This document shows, one piece after another, positions 30,889 through 32,000 of a DNA stretch of 32,000 nucleotides. The notes beneath the pieces were generated by a model. That model did not search any database. It was not told where the DNA came from and was given only the letters and a program-made list of their open reading frames with translations. This DNA comes from Haloferax volcanii DS2. GTDB taxonomy: Archaea > Halobacteriota > Halobacteria > Halobacteriales > Haloferacaceae. Made by a program: the position numbers and the translations under genes. The stretch spans positions 1,050,001 through 1,082,000 of the forward strand of contig NC_013967.1 in assembly GCF_000025685.1 (NCBI RefSeq). The letters run 5' to 3'. Within the stretch, counting starts at the first letter, position 1. Each line of letters starts with the position of its first letter.

Positions 30889-32000
30889 TCAGTCGTCTTG
30901 CTTTGTCTTGATGTCCGCCGAGAGGCCCTGTGCCATGCGAATCTCCTTGGAGTTGTTGAGCGTCCACGCGGTGCGCTCGGTGACGGCCTCGATGATTTCG
31001 CGGGCCGAGGGGTAGCCGTTGCCGGACTTCTTCACGCCGCCGAACGGGAGGTGGACCTCCGCGCCGATACACGGGAGGTTGCCGTAGGCGAGGCCGACCT
31101 CGGCGTGGTCGCGGAAGTAGTTTATCTGGCGGTAGTCCTCGGAGATGACGGCACCGGCCAGCCCGTAGTCGGTGTCGTTCTGAATCTCGACTGCATCCTC
31201 GATGTCGCCGGAGTATTTCAGCAGGGCGACGTGGGGGCCGAACACCTCCTCGTGGGTGCAGCGGAGGTCGTCGTGGGGGTCGGCCTCGTAGACGAACGGC
31301 CCGACCCAGTGGCCGTCTTCGTGGCCCTCGGGAATCTCGTCGGCGTCGAGTTCGGTGCGGTCGACGAGGACGTTCACGCCCTCCGTCTCCGCGAGTTCGT
31401 TGTAGTTCGTGACTTTCTCCTTGTGGCCCTCCTCGATGAGGGGGCCCATGAACGTGTCCTCGCGGAGCGGGTCGCCCACGGAGACGTTCTTCGCGTTCTC
31501 GACGAAGCGCTCCTTGAACTCGTCGTACACGTCCTCGTGGACGACGATGCGCTCGGAGGAGACACAGCGCTGGCCGGTGGTCTTGAACGACGACATCGTC
31601 GCGGAGTGGACCGCGATGTCGAGGTCCGCCTTCTCCGTGATGACGATGTTGTTCTTGCCGCCCATCTCGCACGCGGCGAGTTTGCCGGGCTGTTGGGCGA
31701 CCTTGCTCGCGACCTCGTGGCCGACCTCGGCGGAGCCCGTGAACAGCACGGAGTCGACGCGCTCGTCGTCGACGATGCTCGCGCCGGCGTCACCGAAGCC
31801 CTGTACCATGTTGAACACGCCGTCGGGGATGCCGGCGTCCTCAAACATCTCGGCGATAATCTGCCCGCACCACGGCGTCTGCTCGGCGGGCTTCCAGACG
31901 ACGGTGTTGCCCTCGACGAGCGCGACGGCCATGTGCCAGAAGGGGATGGCGACGGGGAAGTTCCACGGGGTGATACAGCCGACGACGCCACGGGGCTTGC
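30889..32000 (-). CDS. Aldehyde dehydrogenase family protein, 5' end beyond the window
   Basis: The reading frame stays open to nt 32000 (...GVVGCITPWNFPVAIPFWHMAVAL...). It has the ALDH motifs ITPWNFP and EMGGKN, and the catalytic Cys in TGQRCVSSERI. Confidence 0.9.
   Translation of the reverse strand, partial: KPRGVVGCITPWNFPVAIPFWHMAVALVEGNTVVWKPAEQTPWCGQIIAEMFEDAGIPDGVFNMVQGFGDAGASIVDDERVDSVLFTGSAEVGHEVASKVAQQPGKLAACEMGGKNNIVITEKADLDIAVHSATMSSFKTTGQRCVSSERIVVHEDVYDEFKERFVENAKNVSVGDPLREDTFMGPLIEEGHKEKVTNYNELAETEGVNVLVDRTELDADEIPEGHEDGHWVGPFVYEADPHDDLRCTHEEVFGPHVALLKYSGDIEDAVEIQNDTDYGLAGAVISEDYRQINYFRDHAEVGLAYGNLPCIGAEVHLPFGGVKKSGNGYPSAREIIEAVTERTAWTLNNSKEIRMAQGLSADIKTKQDD

Noticed and set aside
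29351-31672. 773-aa minus-strand ORF spanning several genes and the structured intergenic gap
   Set aside because: It is extremely Arg/Pro/Gly/Ser-rich. It overlaps four credible plus-strand genes in antisense and the aldehyde dehydrogenase gene out of frame. Its composition is not haloarchaeal (basic instead of acidic).

Overview
High-GC sequence encoding an acidic proteome, typical of a haloarchaeal (Halobacteria) replicon. No homology search was possible: all calls rest on reading the ORF translations, motifs and the DNA itself, and family names are from memory. The window has two parts. (1) Nt 1-11.4 kb look accessory. They hold the 3' part of an IS200/IS605-family (IS1341-type) element whose tnpB is frameshifted. 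Next comes a type-IV-pilus-like gene cluster: a convergent 503-aa pilin-like gene, then a tightly overlapping 7-gene minus-strand operon. That operon encodes an 1100-aa PilB/FlaI-type ATPase, a 680-aa TadC/FlaJ-type membrane protein and five proteins with class III (prepilin-like) signal peptides. It is driven from a 25 % GC island containing an 11-bp tandem repeat, just downstream of tRNA-Arg(CCT). (2) Nt 11.6-32 kb are mostly housekeeping genes: tatA, peroxiredoxin, HD hydrolase, an MscS channel translationally coupled to a YhbY-like RNA-binding protein, RNase P protein Rpp21, two GT4 glycosyltransferases, an NAD-dependent epimerase, aTrm56, TFE, a CinA-like protein, an NAD-kinase-like protein, an AhpD/CMD-like protein, an AbrB-PhoU regulator, a double LEA_2 membrane protein, an SRPBCC protein and a partial aldehyde dehydrogenase. 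The best candidates for something undescribed are the pilus-like operon, whose ATPase carries three non-canonical regions, and a 442-nt ORF-free gap (30066-30507). That gap is packed with six strong stem-loops and has its own TATA-like box and a hairpin+T4 terminator, suggesting a structured sRNA of about 210 nt. No CRISPR array, rRNA or integrase was seen. Many long Arg/Pro/Gly-rich ORFs in the track are off-frame or antisense shadows caused by the high GC content and were rejected.
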